Shown: piece by piece, positions 10,509 to 20,295 of the stretch
Position numbering within the stretch: the first letter of the stretch is position 1
How the letters are laid out: the number at the start of each line of letters is the position of its first letter
Source: Candidatus Saccharimonadota bacterium
GTDB taxonomy: Bacteria > Pseudomonadota > Gammaproteobacteria > Enterobacterales > Enterobacteriaceae
DNA: 32,000 nucleotides
Assembly: GCA_045690015.1 (NCBI GenBank)
Contig: CP145877.1
Coordinates: 1 to 32,000, forward strand
Reading direction: 5' to 3'
Program-made: the position numbers and the translations under genes
Notes under the pieces: model-generated
Told to the model about the DNA's origin: nothing
Seen by the model: the letters and a program-made list of their open reading frames with translations, nothing else
Databases searched by the model: none

Positions 10509-11735
10509 ATGAAAAGAGCATTCATTATAGTATTGGACTCTTTTGGAATTGGGTATAGCCAAGATGCTGATCAGTTTGGAGATATTGGAGCTGATACTCT
10601 AGGACATATTGCTGAAGCATGTATTAAAGGTCAAGCTGATACTAAAGTACGACGCGGTCCCCTATATTTACCTCATCTTACAGCATTAGGACTAGGAAAA
10701 GCTGCCGAATATTCAACGGGTAATTTTCCTCTAGGTTTTAATAAAAATACCAAAATTATTGGATGTTATAGTTACGCAAAAGAAATTTCTTTTAGTAAAG
10801 ATAGCCCTACAGGACATTGGGAACTAGCAGGAGTACCAGTACTTTTTAAATGGGATTATTTTCATAAAAAAATTAATAGCTTTCCTAGCAACTTACTGGA
10901 TAAGATTATAGAACGTGCAAAATTACCAGGATATTTAGGCAATTGTCATGCTTCGGGAACAATAATTATCGATGATCTAGGAGAAGAACATATAAAAACC
11001 AAAAAACCTATATTTTATACTTCAACTGACTCGGTTGTACAAATTGCTTGTAATGAAGATATATTTGGACTTGATAGTTTATATAGTTTATGTACTATTA
11101 CGCGACAAATTCTTAATGAAGAAGGTTATAAAATTTGTAGAATAATAGCACGTCCCTTTACTGGTACCCGAAAAGGATATTTTAAACGTACCGCAAATCG
11201 CTCTGATTTAACCATAGCGCCACCTGCTCCAACTGTTCTAAAAAAATTAATAGATGAAAAAGGAGGCAGTGTTATTTCTATTGGAAAAGTAGCTGATCTA
11301 TATGCACATTGTGGTATCACTAGAAGAGTGAAAGCTACTGGATTAGAAGAAGTATTTAAACTTACTCTGCAACAAATCCATCTTGCTACTGATAACACCA
11401 TAGTATTTGCTAATTTTGTAGATTTTGATTCATCGTGGGGACATCGCCGGGATGTAGCGGGTTATGCTGCAGGATTAGAACTATTTGACAGACATTTACC
11501 AAAACTACTATCCCTAGTAAAAACTAATGACCTTTTGATTATTACTGCTGATCATGGGTGTGATCCAACTTGGTATGGAACTGATCATACCAGAGAACAT
11601 ATTCCTGTACTTCTCTATAGTCCAAAAATATCTCCTGATTATTTAGGACCACGTGAAACTTTTGCAGATATTAGTCAAACTATAGCTAAATATTTTAATC
11701 TAACTAAGATGAACTATGGTACAAGTATGATGTAA
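10509..11735 (+). CDS. deoB: phosphopentomutase
   Basis: [51 protein letters not shown] and ADHGCDPTW are present. Confidence 0.96.
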   Translation: MKRAFIIVLDSFGIGYSQDADQFGDIGADTLGHIAEACIKGQADTKVRRGPLYLPHLTALGLGKAAEYSTGNFPLGFNKNTKIIGCYSYAKEISFSKDSPTGHWELAGVPVLFKWDYFHKKINSFPSNLLDKIIERAKLPGYLGNCHASGTIIIDDLGEEHIKTKKPIFYTSTDSVVQIACNEDIFGLDSLYSLCTITRQILNEEGYKICRIIARPFTGTRKGYFKRTANRSDLTIAPPAPTVLKKLIDEKGGSVISIGKVADLYAHCGITRRVKATGLEEVFKLTLQQIHLATDNTIVFANFVDFDSSWGHRRDVAGYAAGLELFDRHLPKLLSLVKTNDLLIITADHGCDPTWYGTDHTREHIPVLLYSPKISPDYLGPRETFADISQTIAKYFNLTKMNYGTSMM

Positions 11736-11796
11736 GAGATTCTATCTATACTAGACATAGATTTATATTTTAAAAAAATAAACATAGGATAGAGTA

Positions 11797-12540
11797 ATGA
11801 TTACACCACATATTAATGCTAAAAATGGAGCTTTTGCTGAAACTATTATGATATCCGGAGATCCACTAAGAGCAAAATATATTGCAGAAAAATTTCTCGA
11901 TGAGTATTGGAAAGTAAATACCATAAGGGGTATGTTAGGTTACACAGGATTTTATAAAAATCAATCTATATCCGTCATGGGACATGGAATTGGTATTCCC
12001 TCATGTTCGATTTATGTTAAAGAACTTATTACAGAATACGGAGTTAAAAACCTTATTCGGTTAGGTTCGTGTGGAACTGTATTACCAGAAATTAAACTTC
12101 GTGATATTATTATTGGTATGGGAGCTTGTACTGATTCAAATTTTAATAGAATCCGGTTTAATGGATATGATTTCTCTGCGATAGCAGATTTTAATTTAAT
12201 GTGTACTGCTGTTGAGGCAGCTAATCAATTAGGATTAACGGTACATGTGGGTAATATTTTTACTACTGATCTATTTTATACTGCCGATACTAATCTATTT
12301 CATCTTATGGAGAAATATAGAATTCTGGGTATAGAAATGGAAACGGCGGGACTTTATTCTATTGCTGCGGAATATAACGTTAAAGCATTAACTATTTGTA
12401 CTGTATCAGATCATTTTAATTTTACTGATCATATTTTAACTGCACAAGATAGACAAACATCATTTAATGAAATGGTACAAATTGCTTTACATTCTATATT
12501 ATTATTCGATCGTAAAAAAAACCAATCTATTAAAATATAG
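11797..12540 (+). CDS. deoD: purine nucleoside phosphorylase DeoD type
   Basis: [32 protein letters not shown] and LTICTVSDH are present. Confidence 0.96.
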   Translation: MITPHINAKNGAFAETIMISGDPLRAKYIAEKFLDEYWKVNTIRGMLGYTGFYKNQSISVMGHGIGIPSCSIYVKELITEYGVKNLIRLGSCGTVLPEIKLRDIIIGMGACTDSNFNRIRFNGYDFSAIADFNLMCTAVEAANQLGLTVHVGNIFTTDLFYTADTNLFHLMEKYRILGIEMETAGLYSIAAEYNVKALTICTVSDHFNFTDHILTAQDRQTSFNEMVQIALHSILLFDRKKNQSIKI

Positions 12541-12572
12541 CTTTTAACATACATTTAAATATTTCAAAAATA

Positions 12573-13949
12573 GTGAAAGTGAAATCCCTTTTTATTTGTA
12601 AAATATGCAGTACTATTTATTCTCGGTGGAAAGGACAATGTAATTCGTGTCAGGAGTGGAATACTCTTATTGAGATGCCACCTTCTAAATCGCAACAAAA
12701 TCTAAATAAATTTGCTAATAATAAGATACAACCTCTTCCATTAATAACTTTAGAACAATTACCGCGATTTTCAACTGGATTCAAAGAATTTGATCGGGTA
12801 CTTGGTGGCGGTATAGTATCTGGAAGTACTATATTGATGGGAGGTAATCCAGGTACAGGGAAGAGTACCTTATTATTACAAACTCTTTGTAACTTATCTA
12901 ATAAGATGAAAGTTATTTATGTAACGGGTGAAGAATCACTTCAGCAGGTTGCTTTGCGAGCTCACCGATTGAATTTGTTAAAATTTAATGTATATATGTT
13001 ATCTACAAGTAGTATAGAAGAAATTTGTCTAATTGCAGAAGAAGAAGAACCCTCAATAATGGTTATTGATTCTATTCAAGTCATGCATATAGCCAATGTC
13101 AGATCCTCTCCAGGAAGTGTAGCTCAAGTACGTGAAATTGCATCTTATCTTACGCAATTTGCTAAAAAAAAACTTATAACCATTATTATTGTTGGTCATG
13201 TTACCAAAGATGGAATCTTAGCTGGACCAAAAGTATTAGAACATTGTATAGATTGTTCCCTTTTACTAGATGGAAATGCAGAATCTACTTTTCGTATTTT
13301 ACGAAGCCAAAAAAATCGATTTGGGGCAATAAATGAATTAGGAGTTTTTTCTATGACCGAATATGGTTTACATGAAGTAAATAATCCCTCAGCTATCTTT
13401 ATTAACCGAACCGAGGATAAAAAAATCACTAGTGGTAGTGCTATAATGGCAATATGGGAGGGTACGAGGCCTTTACTAGTTGAAATTCAGGTATTAGTAG
13501 ATCGCACAATGATTATTGGTCATCCAAAAAGAGTAGTTATAGGATTAGAACACAGTAGATTAACTATATTACTTGCAGTACTACATCGGCATGGTGGTTT
13601 ACCAATGAGTGATCTAGATATTTTTGTTAATGTAGTTGGAGGGGTAAAAGTTACCGAAACTAGTGTAGATCTGGCTTTATTACTTGCTATAGTTTCTAGT
13701 CTACGGAATATACCTATTCCTATAGATATAGTAATTTTTGGAGAAGTAGGTCTGTGTGGTGAAATTAGACCAGTTCCTAGTGGTCAGGGACGAATAGCTG
13801 AAGCTGCCAAACATGGTTTTCGTCGGGCTATAGTACCAATAGCTAATTGTCCAAAAGATCTTATCGATAATATAACTGTATTTGGAGTTACAAGTCTTAT
13901 CGATGCATTAGTATTATTAGCGAAAATTTGGGGAATCTCTAATGAGTAA
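12573..13949 (+). CDS. radA: DNA repair protein RadA
   Basis: GTG start. The N-terminal zinc finger C.IC...Y.RW.GQC.SC..WNT, Walker A GGNPGTGKSTLLLQ, KNRFG and a Lon-like C-terminal domain are present. Confidence 0.95.
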   Translation: MKVKSLFICKICSTIYSRWKGQCNSCQEWNTLIEMPPSKSQQNLNKFANNKIQPLPLITLEQLPRFSTGFKEFDRVLGGGIVSGSTILMGGNPGTGKSTLLLQTLCNLSNKMKVIYVTGEESLQQVALRAHRLNLLKFNVYMLSTSSIEEICLIAEEEEPSIMVIDSIQVMHIANVRSSPGSVAQVREIASYLTQFAKKKLITIIIVGHVTKDGILAGPKVLEHCIDCSLLLDGNAESTFRILRSQKNRFGAINELGVFSMTEYGLHEVNNPSAIFINRTEDKKITSGSAIMAIWEGTRPLLVEIQVLVDRTMIIGHPKRVVIGLEHSRLTILLAVLHRHGGLPMSDLDIFVNVVGGVKVTETSVDLALLLAIVSSLRNIPIPIDIVIFGEVGLCGEIRPVPSGQGRIAEAAKHGFRRAIVPIANCPKDLIDNITVFGVTSLIDALVLLAKIWGISNE

Positions 13950-14069
13950 ATTAGTACTAATTTAAGTAAAATCTTAAGAATTAATTTTCATGGAAAAGAA
14001 TCTTATTAATTGAACTAAAGTAAAGACTAATCTATTTTATTAATTAAGTTGGGTTAAAACTATGGAGGG

Positions 14070-14972
14070 TTGATTGTGCAGCGTACGGACTTAAATTTAC
14101 TAATAGTTTTAGATATGTTACTAGAAGTATGTAGTGTTAGTAAAACCGCAAAAAAACTCAATGTAACACCCCCTGCCATTAGTAAATCTTTAAATAAAAT
14201 TCGAGATACTTTTCAGGATCAAATTTTAGTCCGATCGGGGTCGAAATTAATGTTAACTCCTCTAGCTATTCAACTTAAGCCTCAAATTAGAAAGATCATT
14301 AATAATATAAGAAGTGTATTATATAAAAATATATCTTTTAGATTAGGTGACAAATCACTCCTATTTAACATTGTGTCAAATGACATTTTAATTTCAATCT
14401 TAAGCTACCATTTTATTAGTAAAATTAAAAGCGATGAACCAAATATTTTAATTGAATTTCAATATGATAATCTATCTGAAAAATTTTTACGCCAAGAAAA
14501 CATAGATTTATATATAGGTGAATCACGTGATCTGAGTCCTGAAATAAAAATTAGAACAGTCTATCGTGATAACTGTTTAATTATTGCACATAAACAGCAT
14601 GAAATACTGAAAAAGAGTAAAACTATAGATAATCTAAGTCATTATAATTTTATTAGCACTAAAGGAAAATTAAATGGAATTATTGATCATATTTTTATTG
14701 AAAAAGGATATCAACGAAAAGTGATTTGCATTAATCCAAGTTATTTTTCTACTATTGAAACTATAATGAATACCGATTGTCTAGCTGTAATGCCAATATT
14801 TTTTCTCGATGCAATAAAACGACTCAAAATTGAAATAGTTGCTTTTAAACCGCAAATGATTCTTCCTCAAATTAGTATCATACAAGCATGGCATCCTAGA
14901 AATGATAATTCTCCAGCTCATAAATGGCTAAGAGATTATACTAGAAATTTTTTTCAAAAGCATATCATCTAA
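14070..14972 (+). CDS. LysR-family transcriptional regulator, YidZ-like
   Basis: The N-terminal wHTH DLNLLIVLDMLLEVCSVSKTAKKLNVTPPAISKSLNKIRDTFQDQILV compares with E. coli YidZ [48 protein letters not shown]. The C-terminal WHPRNDNSPAHKWLRDY compares with YidZ WHKRNSHNPKIVWLRET. The real start is more likely the GTG at 14076, which lies 6 nt after GGAGGG at 14064-14069. Confidence 0.8.
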   Translation: MIVQRTDLNLLIVLDMLLEVCSVSKTAKKLNVTPPAISKSLNKIRDTFQDQILVRSGSKLMLTPLAIQLKPQIRKIINNIRSVLYKNISFRLGDKSLLFNIVSNDILISILSYHFISKIKSDEPNILIEFQYDNLSEKFLRQENIDLYIGESRDLSPEIKIRTVYRDNCLIIAHKQHEILKKSKTIDNLSHYNFISTKGKLNGIIDHIFIEKGYQRKVICINPSYFSTIETIMNTDCLAVMPIFFLDAIKRLKIEIVAFKPQMILPQISIIQAWHPRNDNSPAHKWLRDYTRNFFQKHII

Positions 14973-15078
14973 TTATCCAAGTAGATCATATCCGTACACT
15001 ATTTTAGTTACCCATCTTTACTTTATTTTTGATTATTAATTAATTTATACCAGTAGCGATTAGATCATAAATTTTTAA

Positions 15079-16032
15079 TTACAACCATTTTCTATATTTA
15101 AAATATGCATACGGAGCAATTCCCATAAGAATCATAACTATAAGAGCTAGAGGATAACCAAAAGTCCATTTAAGTTCTGGCATGAACTTAAAATTCATAC
15201 CATAGCTTGAAGCAACTAATGTTGGGGGCAGAAAAATAACCGAAACTACAGAGAAAATTTTTATTATTCTATTTTGTTCAATATTAATAAATCCCATAGC
15301 CGCTTGCATTAAAAAATTAACCTTTTGAATTAAAGATTCATTATGAGGTAAAAGAGACTCTATATCTCGTAAGATTTCTCGAGCCTGTTCTAATTGTTTT
15401 AGAGGTAAACGATCTTTTCGTACTAAAAAGTTTAATGCTCGTTGAGTATCCATTAAACAAAGACGAACTTTCCAAACAATATCTTCTAATTCAGCTAACA
15501 TCGATAGTGCTTCGTTACATTGCTCATCTTGATGGCCTTCCATAATTACACGACTTAGTTTTTCTAGGTCGCTATAAATGCTTTCAATTTCATCGGCCAA
15601 TTGTTCTATTTTTGTTTCGAATAGATCTAACATTATCTCAAAAGCATTTCCATCCACTAAAACTTGACTACGTGCACGCATACGAAAAAGTCTAAAAGCA
15701 GGTAACTCTCGATCGCGTAAAGTATATAATCTTCCATCACGGATAGTAAATGCCACGGTAGCATTTCCGGCGTGATCTTCAGCATCTTCATAAAAGAAAA
15801 AAGAATGAATATGTAATCCATCTTTATCCTCAAAAAAACGTGCTGAAGCCTCTATATCTTCTAACTCCGGATGTGTTGCTAAATTTTGTCCTAATATCTG
15901 TTGTAATTGCTCTCGCTCATTTAATTCCGGCTCAATTAGGTCAACCCAAATAGAATTAGCTAAATCATTGCCTTCTTCTTCTAGGTCAATACGTGTTAAA
16001 AGATGGTTACTTAGTTTATATGCGTTAAGCAT
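15079..16032 (-). CDS. corA: magnesium/cobalt transporter CorA
   Basis: 317 aa and nearly colinear and identical to E. coli CorA over long runs ([37 protein letters not shown]). The YGMNF signature and two C-terminal TM helices are present. Confidence 0.96.
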   Translation of the reverse strand: MLNAYKLSNHLLTRIDLEEEGNDLANSIWVDLIEPELNEREQLQQILGQNLATHPELEDIEASARFFEDKDGLHIHSFFFYEDAEDHAGNATVAFTIRDGRLYTLRDRELPAFRLFRMRARSQVLVDGNAFEIMLDLFETKIEQLADEIESIYSDLEKLSRVIMEGHQDEQCNEALSMLAELEDIVWKVRLCLMDTQRALNFLVRKDRLPLKQLEQAREILRDIESLLPHNESLIQKVNFLMQAAMGFINIEQNRIIKIFSVVSVIFLPPTLVASSYGMNFKFMPELKWTFGYPLALIVMILMGIAPYAYFKYRKWL

Positions 16033-16279
16033 AGGAAAGATCCCAACATACTGTTATCTATAAACTAAAAAGACTAACAAAATTTTAATGAAATTTACAA
16101 TTTTAAATATATTAAAACCATTTTGTGATTGCACTAAAATTTTACATTATTCAAAAGAAATAGGAGATTTATTTTCATAAGTGGAAACTTATTTTCTATC
16201 AATACTTAAAATGCAAGCATTTATAGTTCTTAGAGATCTATATATATAATAATCATTTTGTAGATATATATATCAAAGC

Positions 16280-16352
16280 AAGTAGCGAGTGAACAATCCA
16301 TATTAATACATAGAATTAAATGAATGAAATTAAATTAGTTCACTTGCTATTT
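16280..16352 (+). repeat. 15-bp inverted repeat (potential stem) with 43-nt loop in noncoding DNA
   Basis: aagtagcgagtgaac (16280-16294) pairs with gttcacttgctattt (16338-16352). On a plus-strand transcript this gives 13 Watson-Crick pairs plus 2 G-U pairs; on the minus strand those two positions become C-A mismatches. Confidence 0.3.
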
Positions 16353-16555
16353 CATATTCATTGCGATCTCTGAAAATCACTCTTAGTTAGATAGATAGTA
16401 GAATTACCAATTTCCATTTAGAATCGCATACATAGATATTTAGTGTGATTGTATAGGATAAGTATAGTTAAGTATAAAATTACGTTTTCATAATAACCAT
16501 ACCATAATTAAAACTGTTTTCATTAATAGTAATGAACGCAACGCATAATTTAAAT

Positions 16556-16574
16556 GCGGACGTTCCGTGTCCGC
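16556..16574 (-). terminator. GC-rich hairpin, candidate terminator of the ompA-like/ysnF-like operon
   Basis: GCGGAC (16556-16561) and GTCCGC (16569-16574) form a stem with a 7-nt loop, 42 nt downstream of the stop at 16616. On the minus strand it is followed by ATTTAAATTAT. It is one of the few GC-only stems in the window. Confidence 0.35.
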
Positions 16575-16615
16575 TATCTATACTAAATCATACGATTGGA
16601 TGGATTTGATATGAT

Positions 16616-17413
16616 TTATGAACATTTTTCTTTATCTGAAATTTTATTATCGTGTTCAATTTTAACTTCCTGTTTACGTACCGTGTCATGAATTTTCTCT
16701 ATGCGATCTCTTCCTTCTTTACGCACAATTATTTCTTCAACAATATGGGCAGTTTTATTAACAACTGGTTTTTCAGTAGTTTCAGTAATTTCTACGACAG
16801 TATCCGACCAATCAAATTTATCGGGACATTTATTTTTATTAATAGAACGTCTAAAAATAGTAGCATGTTCTTCATGAAGAGGTACTTCAACTTCAACATC
16901 TTTTTCAGTTACAAAACGTCGAACTCGTGTAGAACCTTCTTTAACAATTTTCTTCCCAACCTCCAATTGCTCTTCGGCTAATTGGAGAATATCATCACAA
17001 TTATCTTCATTTGAAATAGATTGATGTTTATCTTCTGAATATTTGCATTCATCATGTTGTGATTGATGATTTTTATCTATACATGTTACAGTTTCTGACA
17101 TATCAACTACTTGACAAGCATTCAGAATTCCCATAGCTCTAGGAGTATCTTCTTCAGAAGTACGTAAAATCAAAATAACTCCTCCTGTCTCTAGTGCCTT
17201 AGCATAAACTTTAGATTCTTCTTCTGTTAAACCATTACCGAATAAACGCTGCCAAATATCATCTTCATGAGATAAAATATTTGCTGCTCTTAACTGACTT
17301 TCATCAATTAAACTGATATCATATGCGCTAAAACCTGCTTTTAATAAGTTGTCTTTTGCAGATTGTGCATGTTCAGCGTTATCAAATAACGTAACTATTT
17401 TTTCATAGCTCAT
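16616..17413 (-). CDS. YsnF/DUF2382-family stress-response protein with YflT (general stress protein 17M)-like N-terminal domain
   Basis: The N-terminus (KIVTLFDNAEHAQSAKDNLLKAGFSAYDISLID ... GGVILILR) looks like the YflT/GSP17M fold. The C-terminal half carries the duplicated DUF2382 pattern (LQLAEEQLEVGKKIVKEGSTRVRRFVTEKDVEVEVPLHEE and ETTEKPVVNKTAHIVEEIIVRKEGRDRIEKIHDTVRKQEVKIE). An AAGAGGA RBS lies 8 nt upstream of the ATG. Confidence 0.7.
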   Translation of the reverse strand: MSYEKIVTLFDNAEHAQSAKDNLLKAGFSAYDISLIDESQLRAANILSHEDDIWQRLFGNGLTEEESKVYAKALETGGVILILRTSEEDTPRAMGILNACQVVDMSETVTCIDKNHQSQHDECKYSEDKHQSISNEDNCDDILQLAEEQLEVGKKIVKEGSTRVRRFVTEKDVEVEVPLHEEHATIFRRSINKNKCPDKFDWSDTVVEITETTEKPVVNKTAHIVEEIIVRKEGRDRIEKIHDTVRKQEVKIEHDNKISDKEKCS

Positions 17414-17436
17414 TATTAAATCCTCTTAAATAATAT

Positions 17437-18135
17437 TTAATTATTATGAGTTGATTTTTCTATTACCCTTATAGATACTCGGCGATTTTTTGCACGTCCT
17501 TCTGCAGTATCATTAGAAGCTATAGGATGTTTTTCACCATAGCCTTCTGCAACTAAACGTTCTGATGGAATATTTAATTTAACTAACTCTTTTTTTATTG
17601 CCTCAGCTCTTCCTTGGGATAATATTTGATTCTGTTCTATAGTACCTACATTATCAGTATAACCACCTATTTTAATTTTTACATTTGGATAGGCTTGTAA
17701 TATAGCTGCAATTTGATTTAGCGGCTTTTTTACATCTATCTGAGGATTCTTCTCACCACTATCAAAGCATATTTGATCCAAATCCAACCACATATTGTTA
17801 TCATAATGATTTTTACCTGGATCTTTAATAAATGTGAGTAATTTCATTTCAATACTGTCATCACGTATGTTAAGAGTTGTACCATTAGGTAACAGAATGC
17901 TATTTTTATTATTAATAGGATTTGACCAGTGGTTTAATGTAGAGGTATGTGATGAGGATGTAGGAATATAATTATTCTTATATTCCTTTTTATCTGCATG
18001 ATGGAAATACCATAATATCATTAAGATTAAAACTAATAAAGGTATTAACCACCAAAGGAAACTTTTGCGTTTTTTTATTACCTCTTGTGCAAGAATGGGA
18101 TTACAAGTTTTTTTATGTCTATTATTAGGTAACAT
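17437..18135 (-). CDS. membrane-anchored OmpA_C-like (peptidoglycan-binding) protein
   Basis: There is a single N-terminal TM helix (FLWWLIPLLVLILMILWYF). The C-terminal OmpA/MotB/YiaD-type domain reads IGGYTDNVGTIEQNQILSQGRAEAIKKELV...RLVAEGYGEKHPIASNDTAEGRAKNRRVSIRV. The stop lies 23 nt upstream of the next ORF, so the two genes probably form an operon. Confidence 0.75.
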   Translation of the reverse strand: MLPNNRHKKTCNPILAQEVIKKRKSFLWWLIPLLVLILMILWYFHHADKKEYKNNYIPTSSSHTSTLNHWSNPINNKNSILLPNGTTLNIRDDSIEMKLLTFIKDPGKNHYDNNMWLDLDQICFDSGEKNPQIDVKKPLNQIAAILQAYPNVKIKIGGYTDNVGTIEQNQILSQGRAEAIKKELVKLNIPSERLVAEGYGEKHPIASNDTAEGRAKNRRVSIRVIEKSTHNN

Positions 18136-18259
18136 ACTTATACCTCTTTTATTTAGATCAATTAATTACAACTATAGTTTTTTTTTAAAAAAATGCCACT
18201 CAGAAAAAATCTGATACTATTTATAATAATTCATTTTTTTATATGAGAGACTAAAAAAG

Positions 18260-18336
18260 TGGTCGGCGAGAGAGGATTTGAACCTCCGACCCACTGGTCC
18301 CAAACCAGTTGCGCTACCAAGCTGCGCTACTCGCCG
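18260..18336 (-). tRNA. proM: tRNA-Pro (anticodon UGG)
   Basis: The reverse complement CGGCGAGTAGCGCAGCTTGGTAGCGCAACTGGTTTGGGACCAGTGGGTCGGAGGTTCAAATCCTCTCTCGCCGACCA is nearly identical to E. coli proM. The anticodon loop is TTTGGGA, and the 3' CCA is encoded. Confidence 0.95.
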
Positions 18337-18384
18337 ATAAGATAAATAAAGGTTTGATTACTTACTAGTAAATATAAATAAGAC

Positions 18385-18474
18385 TGCAAAGAGAGGGATT
18401 TGAACCCTCACATCCCTTTAATGAGGATACTAGCTCCTGAAACTAGTGCGTCTACCAGATTCCGCCATCTTCGC
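18385..18474 (-). tRNA. leuT: tRNA-Leu (anticodon CAG), class II with long variable arm
   Basis: The reverse complement reads GCGAAGATGGCGGAATCTGGTAGACGCACTAGTTTCAGGAGCTAG...GGGTTCAAATCCCTCTCTTTGCA. The anticodon loop is TTCAGGA. The discriminator A is followed by GTC, so CCA is not encoded. Confidence 0.92.
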
Positions 18475-18487
18475 TAAAAAATATGGA

Positions 18488-18564
18488 TGGGGTGGCCAAT
18501 GGGACTTGAACCCATGACGTCTGGAACCACAATCCAGGGCTCTACCAACTGAGCTATAGCCACC
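18488..18564 (-). tRNA. hisR: tRNA-His (anticodon GUG) with encoded G-1
   Basis: The reverse complement reads GGTGGCTATAGCTCAGTTGGTAGAGCCCTGGATTGTGGTTCCAGACGTCATGGGTTCAAGTCCCATTGGCCACCCCA. A G-1:C73 pair is present and CCA is encoded. Confidence 0.95.
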
Positions 18565-18615
18565 ACTCACTACAATTTTAATATTTAATAAAATAAGTAA
18601 GTATGATAATACCTT

Positions 18616-18689
<74 letters not shown>

Positions 18690-18788
18690 TAGCTAATTAA
18701 ATGCAAATAGTACGAATTTACTTTAATACTGTCCAGTGATTTTTTCAATCAATTATATCCCTTAACTATAACCCATTAGTTGATTAAA

Positions 18789-20060
18789 TTAATATCGTTT
18801 CATCTTCATCTTCATCATATTGAAGAATTCATCATTAGTTTTAGTCATTGATAGCTTACTAATAAGAAATTCCATTGCATCAAGTTCACTCATGGGATGT
18901 AGAATTTTTCTTAAGATCCACATTTTTTGAAGTTCTTCTACTGAAGTCAGCAATTCTTCTTTACGTGTTCCAGAACGATTATAATCGATAGCAGGAAAAA
19001 TTCTTTTTTCAGCAATTTTTCTGGCTAAATGTAATTCCATATTACCAGTACCCTTAAATTCTTCATAAATTACTTCATCCATTTTTGAACCCGTATCAAT
19101 TAAAGCAGTTGCTATAATTGTTAAACTACCTCCTTCTTCTACATTTCGAGCAGCTCCGAAAAATCTTTTTGGTCTATGGAGAGCATGAGCATCTACTCCT
19201 CCTGTTAGTACCTTTCCTGAAGAAGGGACAACTGTATTATAAGCCCTAGCTAAACGTGTTATTGAATCTAACAAGATAATGACATCTCTTTTATGTTCAA
19301 CCAAACGCTTGGCTTTTTCAATTACCATCTCAGCAACTTGAACATGTCGTGTAGCCGGTTCATCAAACGTAGAAGCCATAACATCTCCTTTAACCAATCG
19401 ATGCATTTCCGTAACTTCTTCTGGACGTTCATCAATAAGTAATACCATTAAAACACAATCTTGGTAATTATAAGCAATACTTTGTGCAATGTTTTGCACA
19501 AGCATAGTTTTACCAGCTTTGGGAGGTGCTACAATCAAACCTCTTTGTCCACGTCCTATTGGAGATGCTAAATCTAATACACGCGCAGTTAAATCTTCTG
19601 TAGAACCATTACCTCTTTCCATACGTAATCTGGTATTTGCATGGAGTGGTGTTAAGTTTTCAAATAAAATTTTATTTCTGGTACTTTCTGGATTATCATA
19701 GTTTACCAGATTTACTTTTAAAAGGGCGAAATAACGTTCTCCTTCTTTTGGAGGACGAATTTTTCCAGAAATCGTATCTCCTGTACGAAGACTAAATCGT
19801 CTAATTTGACTAGGAGATACATAAATGTCATCTGGTCCTGCGAGATATGAACTATTTACAGACCGCAGAAAACCAAAACCTTCTTGTAAAATTTCTAGCA
19901 CTCCATCACCAAATATATCTTCACCAATTTTTGCATGTTGTTTAAGAATGGAAAAAATTATATCCTGTTTGCGTATACGTGCTAGATTTTCCAGTCCCAT
20001 ACTTTCACCTAGGAGAATAAGTTCAGAGACAGGCTTATTTTTTAATTCGGTAAGATTCAT
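18789..20060 (-). CDS. rho: transcription termination factor Rho
   Basis: About 90% identical by eye to E. coli Rho over the full length ([39 protein letters not shown], Walker [20 protein letters not shown]). Confidence 0.98.
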   Translation of the reverse strand: MNLTELKNKPVSELILLGESMGLENLARIRKQDIIFSILKQHAKIGEDIFGDGVLEILQEGFGFLRSVNSSYLAGPDDIYVSPSQIRRFSLRTGDTISGKIRPPKEGERYFALLKVNLVNYDNPESTRNKILFENLTPLHANTRLRMERGNGSTEDLTARVLDLASPIGRGQRGLIVAPPKAGKTMLVQNIAQSIAYNYQDCVLMVLLIDERPEEVTEMHRLVKGDVMASTFDEPATRHVQVAEMVIEKAKRLVEHKRDVIILLDSITRLARAYNTVVPSSGKVLTGGVDAHALHRPKRFFGAARNVEEGGSLTIIATALIDTGSKMDEVIYEEFKGTGNMELHLARKIAEKRIFPAIDYNRSGTRKEELLTSVEELQKMWILRKILHPMSELDAMEFLISKLSMTKTNDEFFNMMKMKMKRY

Positions 20061-20295
20061 AATGGTGGGTTCTTTATCTTTAAAATCGGGGTATAAATAA
20101 AAAGAATTTATTTATTAAAATAAAAAATGATTCTTCTAGATAGAAGTGCTTTTTATCTATTGTAGTCTAATTTCAATAGAAAATATCCTTTATTTTTATA
20201 ATAAATGTAAATTAAATGGCTGAAATATGCATACAAGTTCCACAAAGTAATAAATAGACTTAATAAGAAGATTTCCTTGCATCTCATAATAAAAA

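Noticed and set aside
11126-11401. 91-aa minus-strand ORF inside deoB
   Set aside because: It is an antisense shadow ORF of deoB.
13196-13429. 77-aa minus-strand ORF inside radA
   Set aside because: It is an antisense shadow ORF of radA.
13947-13964. 18-bp perfect palindrome TAAATTAGTACTAATTTA overlapping the radA stop, about 110 bp upstream of the LysR gene
   Set aside because: It is almost all A/T, and by my rough estimate about 0.6 such palindromes are expected by chance in a window of this composition. Its even-length symmetry does not fit the LysR T-N11-A box. It may be a weak terminator but is not worth a claim.
16088-16180. 30-codon plus-strand ORF (MKFTILNILKPFCDCTKILHYSKEIGDLFS) in the corA upstream gap
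   Set aside because: It has no Shine-Dalgarno sequence and no recognisable family, and its length is expected by chance.
16602-16609. GGATTTGA shared with the 3' half of tRNA-Pro, considered as a possible att-type direct repeat bounding an island
   Set aside because: Only 8 nt match, the flanking bases do not align (2 of 9), and there is no integrase. This is not evidence for site-specific integration.
16652-16981. 109-aa plus-strand ORF antisense to the YsnF-like gene
   Set aside because: The F/N-rich low-complexity sequence is what the reverse complement of a K/E-rich gene produces. The minus-strand frame has clear domain signatures.
19489-20100. Two plus-strand ORFs (70 and 91 aa) antisense to rho
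   Set aside because: rho is about 90% identical to E. coli on the other strand. These are shadow ORFs.
20134-20147. Hairpin CTTCTA-GA-TAGAAG followed (on the minus strand) by a T-rich run in the trxA-rho spacer, considered as a trxA terminator or rho attenuator
   Set aside because: The stem has effectively 5 bp with a tiny loop and is AT-rich. I found no rhoL-like leader ORF. It is too weak to call.
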